This document shows, piece by piece, positions 18,635-27,653 of a stretch of 56,850 nt of DNA. The notes beneath the pieces are model-generated. The model was given only the letters and a program-made list of their open reading frames with translations. It ran no database searches and was not told where the DNA came from. The stretch is from contig CAZVTD010000001.1 of assembly GCA_964629945.1 (NCBI GenBank), positions 1-56,850 on the forward strand. The letters run 5' to 3'. Both the position numbers and the translations under genes were made by a program. This stretch comes from an uncultured Planctomycetota bacterium (lineage in GTDB: Bacteria; Planctomycetota; DG-23; DATKVD01; CAZVTD01). The first letter of the stretch is position 1, and every line of letters begins with the position of its first letter.

Positions 18635-21600
18635 CTACCAGCAGAAGTAGCGGTACGGGTCGTCCCACTGTTCGGGCGTATCGAGGTAGAAGCCGGTCAG
18701 CCAGCGCTGCTCCGGTTTCGCCTTGTCCACCGGACTGTGAAAGCGCTCCAGCAGCGGCGTCGCCGCCGAGACACCCATGTTGCCCAACAGCCGGCTGATC
18801 ATCGTCGCGGAGTTTTTGAACGTCTTCTTGGTGTTCTGCTGGGACGCCTTGTAGGTCCACGGGGCAAGCTGACAGAACACGACGTTTCGATTCTCGCCCT
18901 GTGCCAGCACCCCGTCTCCGATCACCTTCGCACCGGACGCCACCAGCACCATCTGACGGGGCTCCCGACTGTGAACGTTGGCCGGACAGACCCCCGCCAG
19001 GAGCGAACTGGAATCGAACGGCGGGAACCACGCGGCGATGTGCTCGGCCCTGGTCGTCTGCACGCCCATCGTCTGGGCTTGTTTCTCATCCAATCCGATG
19101 GTGAGGACGTGTCCTCCGGCCTTGAGCCAGGCGGCGAACGTGGCATCGGCCGCCAGGGCATCAGCACCGCCCGGCCCCACGACGAGGACCTGATCCGCCT
19201 TGAGCCCGCCCTGATAATCCGTCAGGGCGAGCCCCGTGGACTTGAGGAACGTCTTGCCTGCCGCGTCGCCGGCATAGACGACCGTGCGTGCGGGTGCGGG
19301 TTTCCATTCGGAAACGTACTGCAGGATGTTGCGGACGAGTCTGCGAGCGGCCGGGTCGGACTCGGTGCGTCCGGTGACGTCCATCTGACAGAAGAGGATC
19401 ATCCCGGCGCCTTCGCGGAACTCCATCAGCGGGGCGTATTGCAGGGAGAAGCCGCCGTCGATCACGGGGAGGAAATTTCCGCAGGTGGGCTTCTCGATGA
19501 GGACGGACGCGACGTTGCCCCGATTGCCGCAGCGGTAGATGCGGGTCACGGGGATGCCGGCCCACATGACGACGTTGCCGTATTCGCGATCGTAGTGATC
19601 GTAGGTGAGCTGCGGGGGGTAGAGGGTGGAAGCCCCGGTCCAGTTGAGCAGGTTGACGGAGGAGAGGCCTTCCAGCAGGGGACTGTCGGGGACGCGTGAG
19701 AAGACGTTTCGGAGGCCATACTCCTGGACGCGGAAGCCGAGGCGTTGTTCGAGCACGTCGGAGGTCTGCTCGAAAAGCACGACCCTGAGACCTTCTCGGA
19801 CACGGGAGATGTCGGGTGCGGCGCCGTCGAGGGTGAGGGCGGCTTTTCCGACGATGAGGAGGTCGAACCCGGCCAAATCGGCGTCCGCGTTGACGGACTG
19901 ATACTGGAGCCCGAGTTCCTTGAGGAGGGCGGCCGTCTCACCCTTGGGGTCGAAGAGCGCCGTCTTGACGGCGACGTTGATCGGCGGGATGGGAGCAAGC
20001 ACATCGATGGCGAAGGTGTCGGTCTGGGTCTCGCCGGTGGAGAACTTGACGGTCATGTTGAGGTCGTACGATCCGGGAGTGAGGTTGGCGGGCAGGCTGA
20101 ACTGGAGCGGAATGCGGACCTGGTCGCCGACGGGGACGGGGACCTGCTTGCTGCCGGACTGGGGCCGCGGAAGCACCAGCGTCCACGAGCAGTCGGCGGT
20201 GACAGGCACGCGGGAGGAGTTGATGACGATGACCTGTTTCCGGAAAGACTGGCCGGGCAGGACATTGTGGTCCTTGGAGGTGAATGCGTCGGGCTTGCCG
20301 GCGATATAGGCCAGCAGCGGCATGTTGTTACGGTAGAGCGCTTCGGCAGCCGGGGTCCGTAGCCAGTCGGAATACTCGTAACCGAGCTCGACGCGTCCGC
20401 CGGGTCGACCGGTGAAGTCGGGACTGAGACCCGGACGCTGGAGGTTATCCCAATCGACCTTGAACGGTTTGCTGGAGGCATCGACGTCCTTGCGGCGCTT
20501 CCAGTAGAGCATGTGTTCCTCGGGGGAGAACGCGGAGACGCCCCAGGTGCGGAACGCGCGCCAGTTGTCGGTCAGATACATGTGCACGATGGGCAGCCAC
20601 TCGTCGAAGTCGGTGAGGTCCAGGTTGTGCGGGCAGTCATAGCGGCCCCAGGTCTCTCCGGCGTTGAACTTCTTCGCCTCCCAGCGCAGGTTTTCCTTCT
20701 CGGCGTCACTGATGCGATAGGCGACGTCACCCAGGAACTGTGCGTTCCACTCGGCCATGCAGAACTCCCAGGGCACCTTTGCGGAGCCCCATGCACGCCT
20801 GCCGTTGTACCAGCCGCGGTACATGGTCCAGTCCCACGTGTACGCGGGTCCGTATTCGCAGAGGAAGACGGGTCGGTCGCCCCTGGTGGCCCAGGGCTCG
20901 AACCAGTCGGCCAGTTCCTGCATGGGCGTCCAGTTGGGGTAGAAGTTGGCGGTGAACATGGCGGAGAGGTTCCCGGAGGAGTGATGATAGACGATCCGGG
21001 ACGGGTCGAAGTGCTTGATGATGGCCTCGGCGCGCAGGGCGCGGTCGGCGTTGCCTTGACCGCCTCGCGAACGGTTGGAGTAGGCGTTGCCGATGTTCTC
21101 GGGCTTCGTGGAGCCTTCGTAGCCGGTGGAGTTGTGACTGGTGGCATAGAAGACGACGGAGGGATGGTTCTGCGCGACGCGGACATAGAACTCGGCCTGA
21201 CGGGCATAGCCGTTGGTCTTGTCGGCGTCGGGTGTGTCCCAGTTGTATCCGCCGAAGTGGGGCTGGGTCAGGGCGACGAGAAAGCCCATGTCGTCGGCGG
21301 CGCGCAGGGACTCGGCGAAGGACAGGTGGGACCCCGGATTGCAGCTGTAGTTGCCCCCGAAGACGAAGTTGATTCCAAAGGTTCGGAGCCGTCTGAAGGT
21401 CTCACACGTGGCCTCGTAGGTGGCGGTGGCGGGGGAATGGGCGTTTGACAGGGGCACGGCGCTGAGGAAGACGCGGGAGCCGTTGAGATAGAAGTCGCGT
21501 CCCTCGATCCAGAATTCGCGGAAGCCGAAGCGTTCGGGATGGAAAACATCCAGAGGCTTGCTGGCGGCATCCAGAAGCGACATCTGGACGTTGTAGGTGT

Positions 21601-22522
21601 TCTGGGGAGTGTGGAGGTCCCAGAGCTTGCCGGGCTTCCAGTCGCTGGTGAAGGAGAAACGTCCCTCGACGAGGTCCGCGTCCGTGAACGGGAGACTGGT
21701 GAATTCCTGGACGGGCTTGCCTGCGTCTGTGACGACGGCACGGAGCCGATAGGACTGTCCGGGCTTGAGGGCGTCGAGGGCGGTGCTGAAGGAGATATTC
21801 CATTTGCGGACGGAAGGGTCGATCTTGAGATCGGCGATCCGCGGTCCGGCCGGGGAACCGATGAGGTAGACATCGCCACAGAGACCCCGGTTGCCGATGG
21901 AACGGATTTCCCGGGGCGGGGCGTCGGTATCGTTGTAGGCCAGCAGGACGGAGCCCAGAGGAAGCGCGGTGACGTACAGGGACAGGAGATGTTTGGAGCC
22001 GGGTTCGCACGAGGCGGTGAGGTCGACTTCTCCATAGGGGAAGAGAATCACACCGACGGACTTGCCGTCGATGAAGACGTCGGCCCGTGAGTTGACGTAT
22101 TCGGCGTACAGCACGACGCGTCGGCCGGTCCAGTCCTTCGGGATCTGGATTTCGCGCTGATACCAGGCGAAGTTGACGTCACCGAGCTTGACGTCCTTCC
22201 ACGCGGGGGAAGCGTAGACAGCCTGTGTCTCCCGGGGGCGTTCCGGATCGTGATTGGGAGGCCACGGGCCCGGGACCTTGAAAAAGCCCCAGTTGTCCGT
22301 CGGAACCTTGTTCGCGGTCGCGTCCACCGGCTGCCAGCGCCACAGTCCGTTGATGCAGATGCGTTCTCGTGTGGGTGTCGTCTCGTGCCAGGCCTTGCTC
22401 ATGTCCCAGACGACCTTCACCCCTGCCGACAACTGGGCATCCTCTGCCTGCGCGGAGGCCGGCACAAGCAAGAACACCACGCACATCACCCCAAGGCTCC
22501 ATAACCTCCGCACCATGAACAT
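18635..22522 (-). CDS. secreted GH2-like multidomain protein (1295 aa), paralog 1
   Basis: It has a signal peptide (..VPASAQA), a GH2 sugar-binding-like domain (WYQREIQIPKDWTGRRVVLYAEYVNSRADVFIDGKSVG) and TIM-barrel-like QNHPSVVFYATSHNS. The C-terminus carries Rossmann/GATase1-like modules. An AAGGAG RBS is present. Confidence 0.7.
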   Translation of the reverse strand: MFMVRRLWSLGVMCVVFLLVPASAQAEDAQLSAGVKVVWDMSKAWHETTPTRERICINGLWRWQPVDATANKVPTDNWGFFKVPGPWPPNHDPERPRETQAVYASPAWKDVKLGDVNFAWYQREIQIPKDWTGRRVVLYAEYVNSRADVFIDGKSVGVILFPYGEVDLTASCEPGSKHLLSLYVTALPLGSVLLAYNDTDAPPREIRSIGNRGLCGDVYLIGSPAGPRIADLKIDPSVRKWNISFSTALDALKPGQSYRLRAVVTDAGKPVQEFTSLPFTDADLVEGRFSFTSDWKPGKLWDLHTPQNTYNVQMSLLDAASKPLDVFHPERFGFREFWIEGRDFYLNGSRVFLSAVPLSNAHSPATATYEATCETFRRLRTFGINFVFGGNYSCNPGSHLSFAESLRAADDMGFLVALTQPHFGGYNWDTPDADKTNGYARQAEFYVRVAQNHPSVVFYATSHNSTGYEGSTKPENIGNAYSNRSRGGQGNADRALRAEAIIKHFDPSRIVYHHSSGNLSAMFTANFYPNWTPMQELADWFEPWATRGDRPVFLCEYGPAYTWDWTMYRGWYNGRRAWGSAKVPWEFCMAEWNAQFLGDVAYRISDAEKENLRWEAKKFNAGETWGRYDCPHNLDLTDFDEWLPIVHMYLTDNWRAFRTWGVSAFSPEEHMLYWKRRKDVDASSKPFKVDWDNLQRPGLSPDFTGRPGGRVELGYEYSDWLRTPAAEALYRNNMPLLAYIAGKPDAFTSKDHNVLPGQSFRKQVIVINSSRVPVTADCSWTLVLPRPQSGSKQVPVPVGDQVRIPLQFSLPANLTPGSYDLNMTVKFSTGETQTDTFAIDVLAPIPPINVAVKTALFDPKGETAALLKELGLQYQSVNADADLAGFDLLIVGKAALTLDGAAPDISRVREGLRVVLFEQTSDVLEQRLGFRVQEYGLRNVFSRVPDSPLLEGLSSVNLLNWTGASTLYPPQLTYDHYDREYGNVVMWAGIPVTRIYRCGNRGNVASVLIEKPTCGNFLPVIDGGFSLQYAPLMEFREGAGMILFCQMDVTGRTESDPAARRLVRNILQYVSEWKPAPARTVVYAGDAAGKTFLKSTGLALTDYQGGLKADQVLVVGPGGADALAADATFAAWLKAGGHVLTIGLDEKQAQTMGVQTTRAEHIAAWFPPFDSSSLLAGVCPANVHSREPRQMVLVASGAKVIGDGVLAQGENRNVVFCQLAPWTYKASQQNTKKTFKNSATMISRLLGNMGVSAATPLLERFHSPVDKAKPEQRWLTGFYLDTPEQWDDPYRYFCW

Positions 22523-22612
22523 TGGCCGTCTCCTTGTCCTCGGATACCCCGGGACCCGGCAGGAAGGGACTCAATATCACCACGTGTGCCTGTGGAACAA
22601 CCCATTCGCCTT

Positions 22613-22641
22613 ATTGTGCCTGACCTCGCGTCGCTTGTCAA
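22613..22641 (-). promoter_or_regulatory. candidate sigma-70 promoter, TTGACA-N17-CACAAT
   Basis: The minus strand reads TTGACAagcgacgcgaggtcaggCACAAT, about 85 nt upstream of the ATG at 22522. Confidence 0.4.
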
Positions 22642-22745
22642 CGCGCCGGCCCGGGAACAGAATGTGCCCTCTCTCCATCAGGGGGCCATTGATGGGCATC
22701 TTCGGTGTGACGTTCACATGTCTTCGAGAACCCTAATTCTCTCCC

Positions 22746-22778
22746 GCGTCTTCCCGTCTATCTCCCGAGAATGTTCTC
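22746..22778 (-). repeat. 33-bp element, 29/33 identical to 40517..40549
   Basis: The plus strand reads gcgtcttcccgtctatctcccgagaatgttctc. On the minus strand it encodes ..ENILGR-stop plus 12 nt, the same as the 3' end of the GltB-like gene. Confidence 0.6.
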
Positions 22779-22793
22779 CATCCCGGTCTGCTG

Positions 22794-25700
22794 TTACCAG
22801 CGATAGTAGCGGTATGGGTCGTCGTAATATTCCGGCGCATCCAGATAGAGGCCGTCTGCATATCGCACACACTCGGCGGGCAGATAATCCAGGATGTGCT
22901 CAAGACGCTCCATCTGTCGGGGGTGACGAACCAGAGGCGCAACACCACCGGTCCAGCCGCCGTTGCGCACCTTCAGGGCCAGCAGATTCTGACCGGCTTT
23001 GAGGAGTCCTTCGGGCACTTCGTATATTTTTCCCTCGTTTTTCTTTTCGCTTTTCACCGTCTTGTTGATCAGGGTCCCATTGATATACGTGGTGTCCTCG
23101 TCCTCCACTTCTCCCAGATAGAGCGTTGCGGCTTTGCCGGCCAACGCGTCGGGGACCGTGAAGTTCACCCGATAGAAGACCGCGCCGCCGAACATGACGG
23201 TGTCCTCATACTGATCATCCCAGATTCCGGGGAGTCGGAAGTTCCGCCAGGCATCGGCTTCCTGGGGAACGTAGTCCACGGTGTTCCAGCCCTCGGGTCC
23301 CTGCTCTGCATCCTTGTAGGACTTTCGGCGGACCACGATGCCTTTGGCCGCGGTGGGGATGATCACCTGTTTGCCGTCACACTCGAGCCACAGGGCTTCG
23401 GCCAAATCCCCAACGCCCATGCCTTCGAGTGCGGGCTCGTGAATGCGCTTGGCCATCGGCGTGGAGGAGGCAACACCCATGTTCGCCAGCAGTCGCGAGA
23501 CCAGGATGCTCGCGTTGCGGAAGGTAGGCTTGATGTTGTGGGCGCGGTGATTAAACATCCAAGCCTGCCCGTTCTGGGCTTTGTAATCGAACGTCCACGG
23601 GAGCAGTTGACAGAAAACGACGTTCGCGTCCCTGGCTTTGGCAATGATCCCGTCACCGAGGATTTCGGCCCCTTCGGTGATCAAGGGCAGTTCGCGCGGA
23701 TCACGACTGTAGACGTTGGCCGGTGAAACGCCCGCAAAGGCACTGTCTAGGCCGGGCGCGGCAAAGACACACCCGATGTGCTCGGCCTTGTTCATGGTGA
23801 CCTTGAAGGGCAGGAAGCTGTTGGCCTCGTCCTGATCCAAACCGAACGCCAGCAGACGGCCTCCCGCCTTGAGCCAGGCATCCACCGCCTGCGCCTGTGG
23901 TGCGAGGACCTTGTCCCCGCCCGGCGCGACGATCAGGACCTGGTCGGCTTTCAGGGCGCCGCCGTTGTAGTCACTCACCGTCAGACCGGCGCTTTCCAGG
24001 TGCTTCTTGCCGGCGGGGTCGCCGACGTAGAGGGCCTGTCGTGCGGCCTGCGGCTTATAGGAGGACGCATAGCTCAGAATGTTGCTGACCAGTCTCTCGG
24101 CGGCGGGGTCGTTTTCCGTGCGGGCGGTCACGTCCATCTGACAGAAGAGGATCATTCCTCTGCCGTCGCGACACTCCATGAGCGGTGCGTACTGGAGTCC
24201 GAAACCACCATCCACGATGGACAGGAAGTTCCCGCAGGCGGGCTTCTCCATCAGGAGCGAAGCGACGCTGCCCTGACAGCCGGCACGCCAGGGATGACGA
24301 ACGCTGTATCCGGCCCAATCCAGACGCAGATAGGATCTCGGATTGATGAAGGTTCGCGGGATGAAGGCAGGCAGGATGGTTCCTGCGCCCTGCCAATCAT
24401 GCAGGTTTTCCGAAGCGAGTCCGGCCAGGACGGGATGGTCCGGCACGCGCGCGAAGACGCGACGCAGGACGTATTCCTGTGTCCGGAAGCCCAGTCGTTT
24501 CTCCAGCGTGTCGCGGGACTGCTCGAACACGACGACCTTGAGGCCCTGGGAGACGCGCGAGACGTCCGGTCCCGGACCGTAGGGGGTCAGGGCATTGCGT
24601 CCGACGATGACCAGATCGTAACCGGCCAGGCCTGCATTTGCTTCGACCTTTTCAAAGGCGATGCCCAAGTTCGTCAAAAGCTTGGCGGTTTCGCCTTCGG
24701 GATCGTACAGGGCGATCTTGGCTGCGACAGCGGGTTTCGGTGTCTTGGCCAGCACATTGATGACCAGCGTGTCGGTCTGCGTCTCGCCGGTGTCGAACTT
24801 CGTCGTCAGGGACAGTTCATATGAGCCCGGCTTGATATCGTCGGGCAGCTTGAAGCTGATCGGCTGTCGGGTCTGTTGACCGGTTTCGACCGTAGCGGGG
24901 TCGAGTTCTCCCTTGATGCCGGTGTCGGCGAGTTGCCAGCTGGAGTGTGCCACGGTGGTAACCCGGCTGTTGTTCACGATGATCGCCTGCTTCGCGATCG
25001 TGTCCCCGGGGTGGAAGTTGTGATCTTTGCTGGTGAAGCTTTCGGGCTTGCCCGCCAGCCAGGACAGGAGCGGCCGGTTGTATCGCAGGAAGACCTCTCC
25101 GGAAACCTGGGGAATCCAGTCCTTCTCTTCGAAGGCCAGGTCATAACGAACCCTGGGGCGATAGAAGTCGGCACTGTAGCCGGGCTTCTGGAGGTTGTTC
25201 CAATCGGTTTTGCAGGGGATATCACCGGTGGGAAGTCCGTCGCGCAATTTCCAGAAGCAGTCGAACGGCCATGGCGCAAAGGCGGTCACGCCCCACGTTC
25301 GGAACGCCGGCCAGTTGTCGTGAACGTACATGGCATCGACCACGCGAAGATTGGGGGAATCATTGGGGCGACCGAAGACGGGATAGGAACCCTTGCTCCA
25401 GGTTTTCTTGTTGCGCCAGTTCTCGGCTTCGAAACGGATGTTCGTCTTATCGGGTTCGGGAAGGTCGTAGGCCGCGTCGCCCCGGAACTGGGCTCCCCAC
25501 TCGGGAAAGAAGAACTGAAACAGCATGGCCACACCAAAGATCTGATGACCGTCACGCCAGTTGGACCAGTTTTCGTCGAGGGGGAGGCCATATTCGACCA
25601 GGAAGAGCGGCTTGATTCCCTTCGTGGCCCAGTGCTCGAACCAATCGGAGCGCTCCTGGACGGGAACGAAGTCAAGGTAATTGTTCAGGGTGTACATCTG

Positions 25701-27341
25701 GTTGAGGTTTCCGGAGGAATGATGATAGATCGCCCGCGTCGTGTCGAAGAGATGGATGATCTCTTCGGAGCGTGTGGCGCTCACGGCGGCGTTGTCGGTG
25801 CGCACGCCTGGGGTATTCTCCTTGTCCGGCCAGGGCGACCACACCCCGTCGAGGAGTTCGGGGTTCTGGTCTTCGGAGTATGCGGTGGCGTTGTGGTTAG
25901 CCGAATACATGACCACCGAGGGGTGGTTTTGCGCCACGCGGATGTAAAATTCCATGTCGTGCATGTAGCCGTTGGTTTTTGCGGCATCCTCATTCTTATA
26001 AGGCCAGTTGTAACTGCTGTTGTGGGGCACGGAGAACGACACGAGCATGCCCACGTCGTCGGCGGCTCTCAGGAGTTCCTCATAGGAGAGGTGCACCCCG
26101 GGAAGACAGTCGTAGTTGTGCGTGTAAACGGTGTTGATTCCCGCTTTTCTCAGTCGGCGGAAGCTTTCAGCAGCATGCTCGTAGTCGGCCGCCGCGGTGT
26201 TCATCACCCCATTGTCGAGGAAAATGGCCGGACTGAACACACGCGTTCCGTTGAGGTAGAAATCGCGTCCGTCCAGCCAGAACTCACGGAACCCGAAGCG
26301 CACGGGGCGGAACTCGTCCAGAACACCCGCGTCACCGGCATCCACCAGAGACAGTTTCAGGTCATACTGATTCTCCGGGGTGTTCAGGTCCCACAGCTTT
26401 TCGGGCTTCCATGCCCAGGCAACGGTCACACGGCCGTTGACCACGTCCGCTGCGGTTATGCTCTTCGGATCGAACGTCTTCACGACTTTGTCATGATCGC
26501 TGACGGTCGCGTTGAGTGTGTAGTTTTTCCCCTCGGCAAGATTTCTGACGGCCACGTCCAGTCCGATTTCTCCCTTTCGAACGGAGGTATTGACCTTGAT
26601 GTCGTCGAGGCGTGCGCCGACGGGCGTGCTTGCAAGAAATACGTCACCCAGCAGTCCGCGGTATGGACCGTGTCCCTGATGACGCTTGACAGCATCCTGC
26701 GACAGGTAGCCGTCGAGATCATTGCGCTGGGCATAGCCGTCCACTTTGTCGACCAGCGGCTTGGCGATCACCAGCAGCGAGAGCATCTGCTCCTTTTCGG
26801 GCTGGCATGCCGAGGTAATGTCCACTTCGCCGGACGGGAAGACCATCTCTCCCACGGGTTTGCCGTCGACATAGACGGCAGCGTAGGAGTAGAGGTATTG
26901 GGTTGACAGGACGATGCGCCTTCCTTTCCAGCTTTCGGGGATACTGAACTGGCGCTGATGCCAGGCGACATCGATGGTTTTCAGATCCAGGTCCTGCCAA
27001 CTCGGGTGTCGATAGACCACCAGCGACTCGGTCCGCATCCACAAGGAGGTTCGGAATTGAGGCCAGGGACCGGGGACTTTCAGGTAACCCCAGTTGTCTG
27101 CCGGGACGGTTTCAGGCTTTTTCTTCATGTCCGTGACGGGCTGCCAGCGCCACAGGCCGTTGATGCAGATTTTTTCTCGGCTTGGTGTGGTTTCTCGATA
27201 GGCCTTGTCGAGGCCCCAAACCACCTTAACACCCTCGGGCAATTGGACTTCCGGGTCCACAGGCGCTGGTGTTGTCTCAGTGGCCAAGACAAGCATGCAA
27301 AGCAAAGCAACACACACCCCCTGCGACAAGACTCTCATCAT
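22794..27341 (-). CDS. secreted GH2-like multidomain protein (1515 aa), paralog 2
   Basis: It is colinear with paralog 1 (GVKVVWGLDKAYRETTPSREKICINGLWRWQPV; QNHPSVVMYSANHNATAY; C-terminal DDPYRYYRW). It carries an extra C-terminal galactose-binding-like module (FYRVNFTVPDALAGKAATLYLGEVEDEDTTYINGTLI). Confidence 0.7.
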   Translation of the reverse strand: MMRVLSQGVCVALLCMLVLATETTPAPVDPEVQLPEGVKVVWGLDKAYRETTPSREKICINGLWRWQPVTDMKKKPETVPADNWGYLKVPGPWPQFRTSLWMRTESLVVYRHPSWQDLDLKTIDVAWHQRQFSIPESWKGRRIVLSTQYLYSYAAVYVDGKPVGEMVFPSGEVDITSACQPEKEQMLSLLVIAKPLVDKVDGYAQRNDLDGYLSQDAVKRHQGHGPYRGLLGDVFLASTPVGARLDDIKVNTSVRKGEIGLDVAVRNLAEGKNYTLNATVSDHDKVVKTFDPKSITAADVVNGRVTVAWAWKPEKLWDLNTPENQYDLKLSLVDAGDAGVLDEFRPVRFGFREFWLDGRDFYLNGTRVFSPAIFLDNGVMNTAAADYEHAAESFRRLRKAGINTVYTHNYDCLPGVHLSYEELLRAADDVGMLVSFSVPHNSSYNWPYKNEDAAKTNGYMHDMEFYIRVAQNHPSVVMYSANHNATAYSEDQNPELLDGVWSPWPDKENTPGVRTDNAAVSATRSEEIIHLFDTTRAIYHHSSGNLNQMYTLNNYLDFVPVQERSDWFEHWATKGIKPLFLVEYGLPLDENWSNWRDGHQIFGVAMLFQFFFPEWGAQFRGDAAYDLPEPDKTNIRFEAENWRNKKTWSKGSYPVFGRPNDSPNLRVVDAMYVHDNWPAFRTWGVTAFAPWPFDCFWKLRDGLPTGDIPCKTDWNNLQKPGYSADFYRPRVRYDLAFEEKDWIPQVSGEVFLRYNRPLLSWLAGKPESFTSKDHNFHPGDTIAKQAIIVNNSRVTTVAHSSWQLADTGIKGELDPATVETGQQTRQPISFKLPDDIKPGSYELSLTTKFDTGETQTDTLVINVLAKTPKPAVAAKIALYDPEGETAKLLTNLGIAFEKVEANAGLAGYDLVIVGRNALTPYGPGPDVSRVSQGLKVVVFEQSRDTLEKRLGFRTQEYVLRRVFARVPDHPVLAGLASENLHDWQGAGTILPAFIPRTFINPRSYLRLDWAGYSVRHPWRAGCQGSVASLLMEKPACGNFLSIVDGGFGLQYAPLMECRDGRGMILFCQMDVTARTENDPAAERLVSNILSYASSYKPQAARQALYVGDPAGKKHLESAGLTVSDYNGGALKADQVLIVAPGGDKVLAPQAQAVDAWLKAGGRLLAFGLDQDEANSFLPFKVTMNKAEHIGCVFAAPGLDSAFAGVSPANVYSRDPRELPLITEGAEILGDGIIAKARDANVVFCQLLPWTFDYKAQNGQAWMFNHRAHNIKPTFRNASILVSRLLANMGVASSTPMAKRIHEPALEGMGVGDLAEALWLECDGKQVIIPTAAKGIVVRRKSYKDAEQGPEGWNTVDYVPQEADAWRNFRLPGIWDDQYEDTVMFGGAVFYRVNFTVPDALAGKAATLYLGEVEDEDTTYINGTLINKTVKSEKKNEGKIYEVPEGLLKAGQNLLALKVRNGGWTGGVAPLVRHPRQMERLEHILDYLPAECVRYADGLYLDAPEYYDDPYRYYRW

Positions 27342-27432
27342 ATTTCTCCCTCAGTCATTGGTTTAAAACAGAGCCCTCGACAGGATGCGTCAGGATACAG
27401 CACCATGCAACGCCTAGGTCACCCAGCAACTC

Positions 27433-27461
27433 TTTGTAGCCGAAATCACGTCGTCTGTCAA
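27433..27461 (-). promoter_or_regulatory. candidate sigma-70 promoter, TTGACA-N17-TACAAA
   Basis: The minus strand reads TTGACAgacgacgtgatttcggcTACAAA, about 85 nt upstream of the ATG at 27341. The geometry matches the paralog 1 promoter. Confidence 0.4.
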
Positions 27462-27653
27462 CCAGTCGCCCCTCTTCATGACCCGGGAGGCCCAGGATAT
27501 CTCCCGTGCGACCCGTAACCTGTGGGCTTTGGGCGAGACAAGGCGGTAAAAGACTGTGATAGAGAGCGGGGCATTTCTTTGCCGAAGTAACGCGAGAAAC
27601 GTGGCAGCAGACAGTCACAGGGATTCGCAGCGTGCACGACGCGCCGTGGGCCC

